Shown here: positions 63,568 through 64,000 of the stretch, one piece after another
Numbering within the stretch: position 1 is the stretch's first letter
Layout of the letters: every line of letters begins with the position of its first letter
NCBI GenBank assembly: GCA_965263035.1
Contig: OZ253580.1
Span: 5,824,001-5,888,000, forward strand
Reading direction: 5' to 3'
Length of the DNA stretch: 64,000 nucleotides
Origin: Acidobacteriota bacterium
GTDB taxonomy: Bacteria > Acidobacteriota > UBA6911 > RPQK01 > JAJDTT01
Translations under genes and position numbers: made by a program
Notes under the pieces: model-generated
Database searches by the model: none
Told to the model about the DNA's origin: nothing
The model's input: the letters and a program-made list of their open reading frames with translations, nothing else

Positions 63568-64000
63568 GGATGGCGCAAGTGCCGGGTACGAGAGTTGATC
63601 CTGGCATCCGAAGGGCGCAGATAGTTCGCCTTCAACTGCCGTTCGCTACCGGTCTCACCCGACATGTGCCTCCGGTGGGCCAGAAGGCAGAGTTCCGGCA
63701 GGATGCAATTGTCTGAACTGGCGACTCGGGACTCGGGGTGAAGAGCCTGGATAGTGGTGCGGTACTGCTGTGCACCGTCACCGACGAAGAGATGATCTCC
63801 AGGGGGAACTTGCCTCAAGAACTCCGCCGGGGGCGCCACCTGTTCCTCGACCTCGAGGGAAACACCCGATTCAGGGTCGGTACGATAGGCGGCTCCGTAG
63901 ATCTGTTGCCTTCGCGCGTCGATCATGGGAACGATCCGGCTCCGGGCCCAGCGGAACCGGAAAGCGAGAGCTTCCAAGGTGGACAGCCCCACGGCAGGCC
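63564..64000 (-). CDS. tsaB: tRNA threonylcarbamoyladenosine biosynthesis protein TsaB (5' partial)
   Basis: GLSTLEALA, IDARR..IY, FVGDG, YLRPSDA. Confidence 0.85.
   Translation of the reverse strand, partial: PAVGLSTLEALAFRFRWARSRIVPMIDARRQQIYGAAYRTDPESGVSLEVEEQVAPPAEFLRQVPPGDHLFVGDGAQQYRTTIQALHPESRVASSDNCILPELCLLAHRRHMSGETGSERQLKANYLRPSDARINSRTRHLRHP

Overview
GC-rich bacterial chromosome segment, probably Acidobacteriota (inferred from the Pal with an extra Ig-like domain, the GDGRVF-type P-II and gene order; not verified). The left third is an unusual split rRNA locus. The 16S gene (~3912-5434) and the 23S-5S genes (~19636-22798) lie ~14.2 kb apart. Each has its own sigma70-like promoter, boxA-like element and processing stalk, and I saw no spacer tRNA. 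The spacer holds (i) a ~10 kb nest of at least 8 mobile-element pieces inside one IS4-like element whose inverted repeats and target duplication survive, (ii) an intact second glutamine synthetase gene, and (iii) a complete group II intron. Removing the mobile DNA reconstructs 16S-glnA-23S-5S. The rest is housekeeping: mutL, aspS, hisS, accA, dnaE, guaA, uppP, a nitrogen-control cluster (glnD-glnB, glnA, frameshifted glnE coupled to pyc), miaB, recN, tol-pal, ssb, an HtrA protease, an MFS transporter and tsaB. It also contains an IS1380 plus MITE tandem, a MITE inserted in-frame in the tolB signal peptide, and a dif-like XerCD site at 51243-51270 suggesting the locus is near the replication terminus. 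All calls come from reading the sequence by eye; no searches were run.
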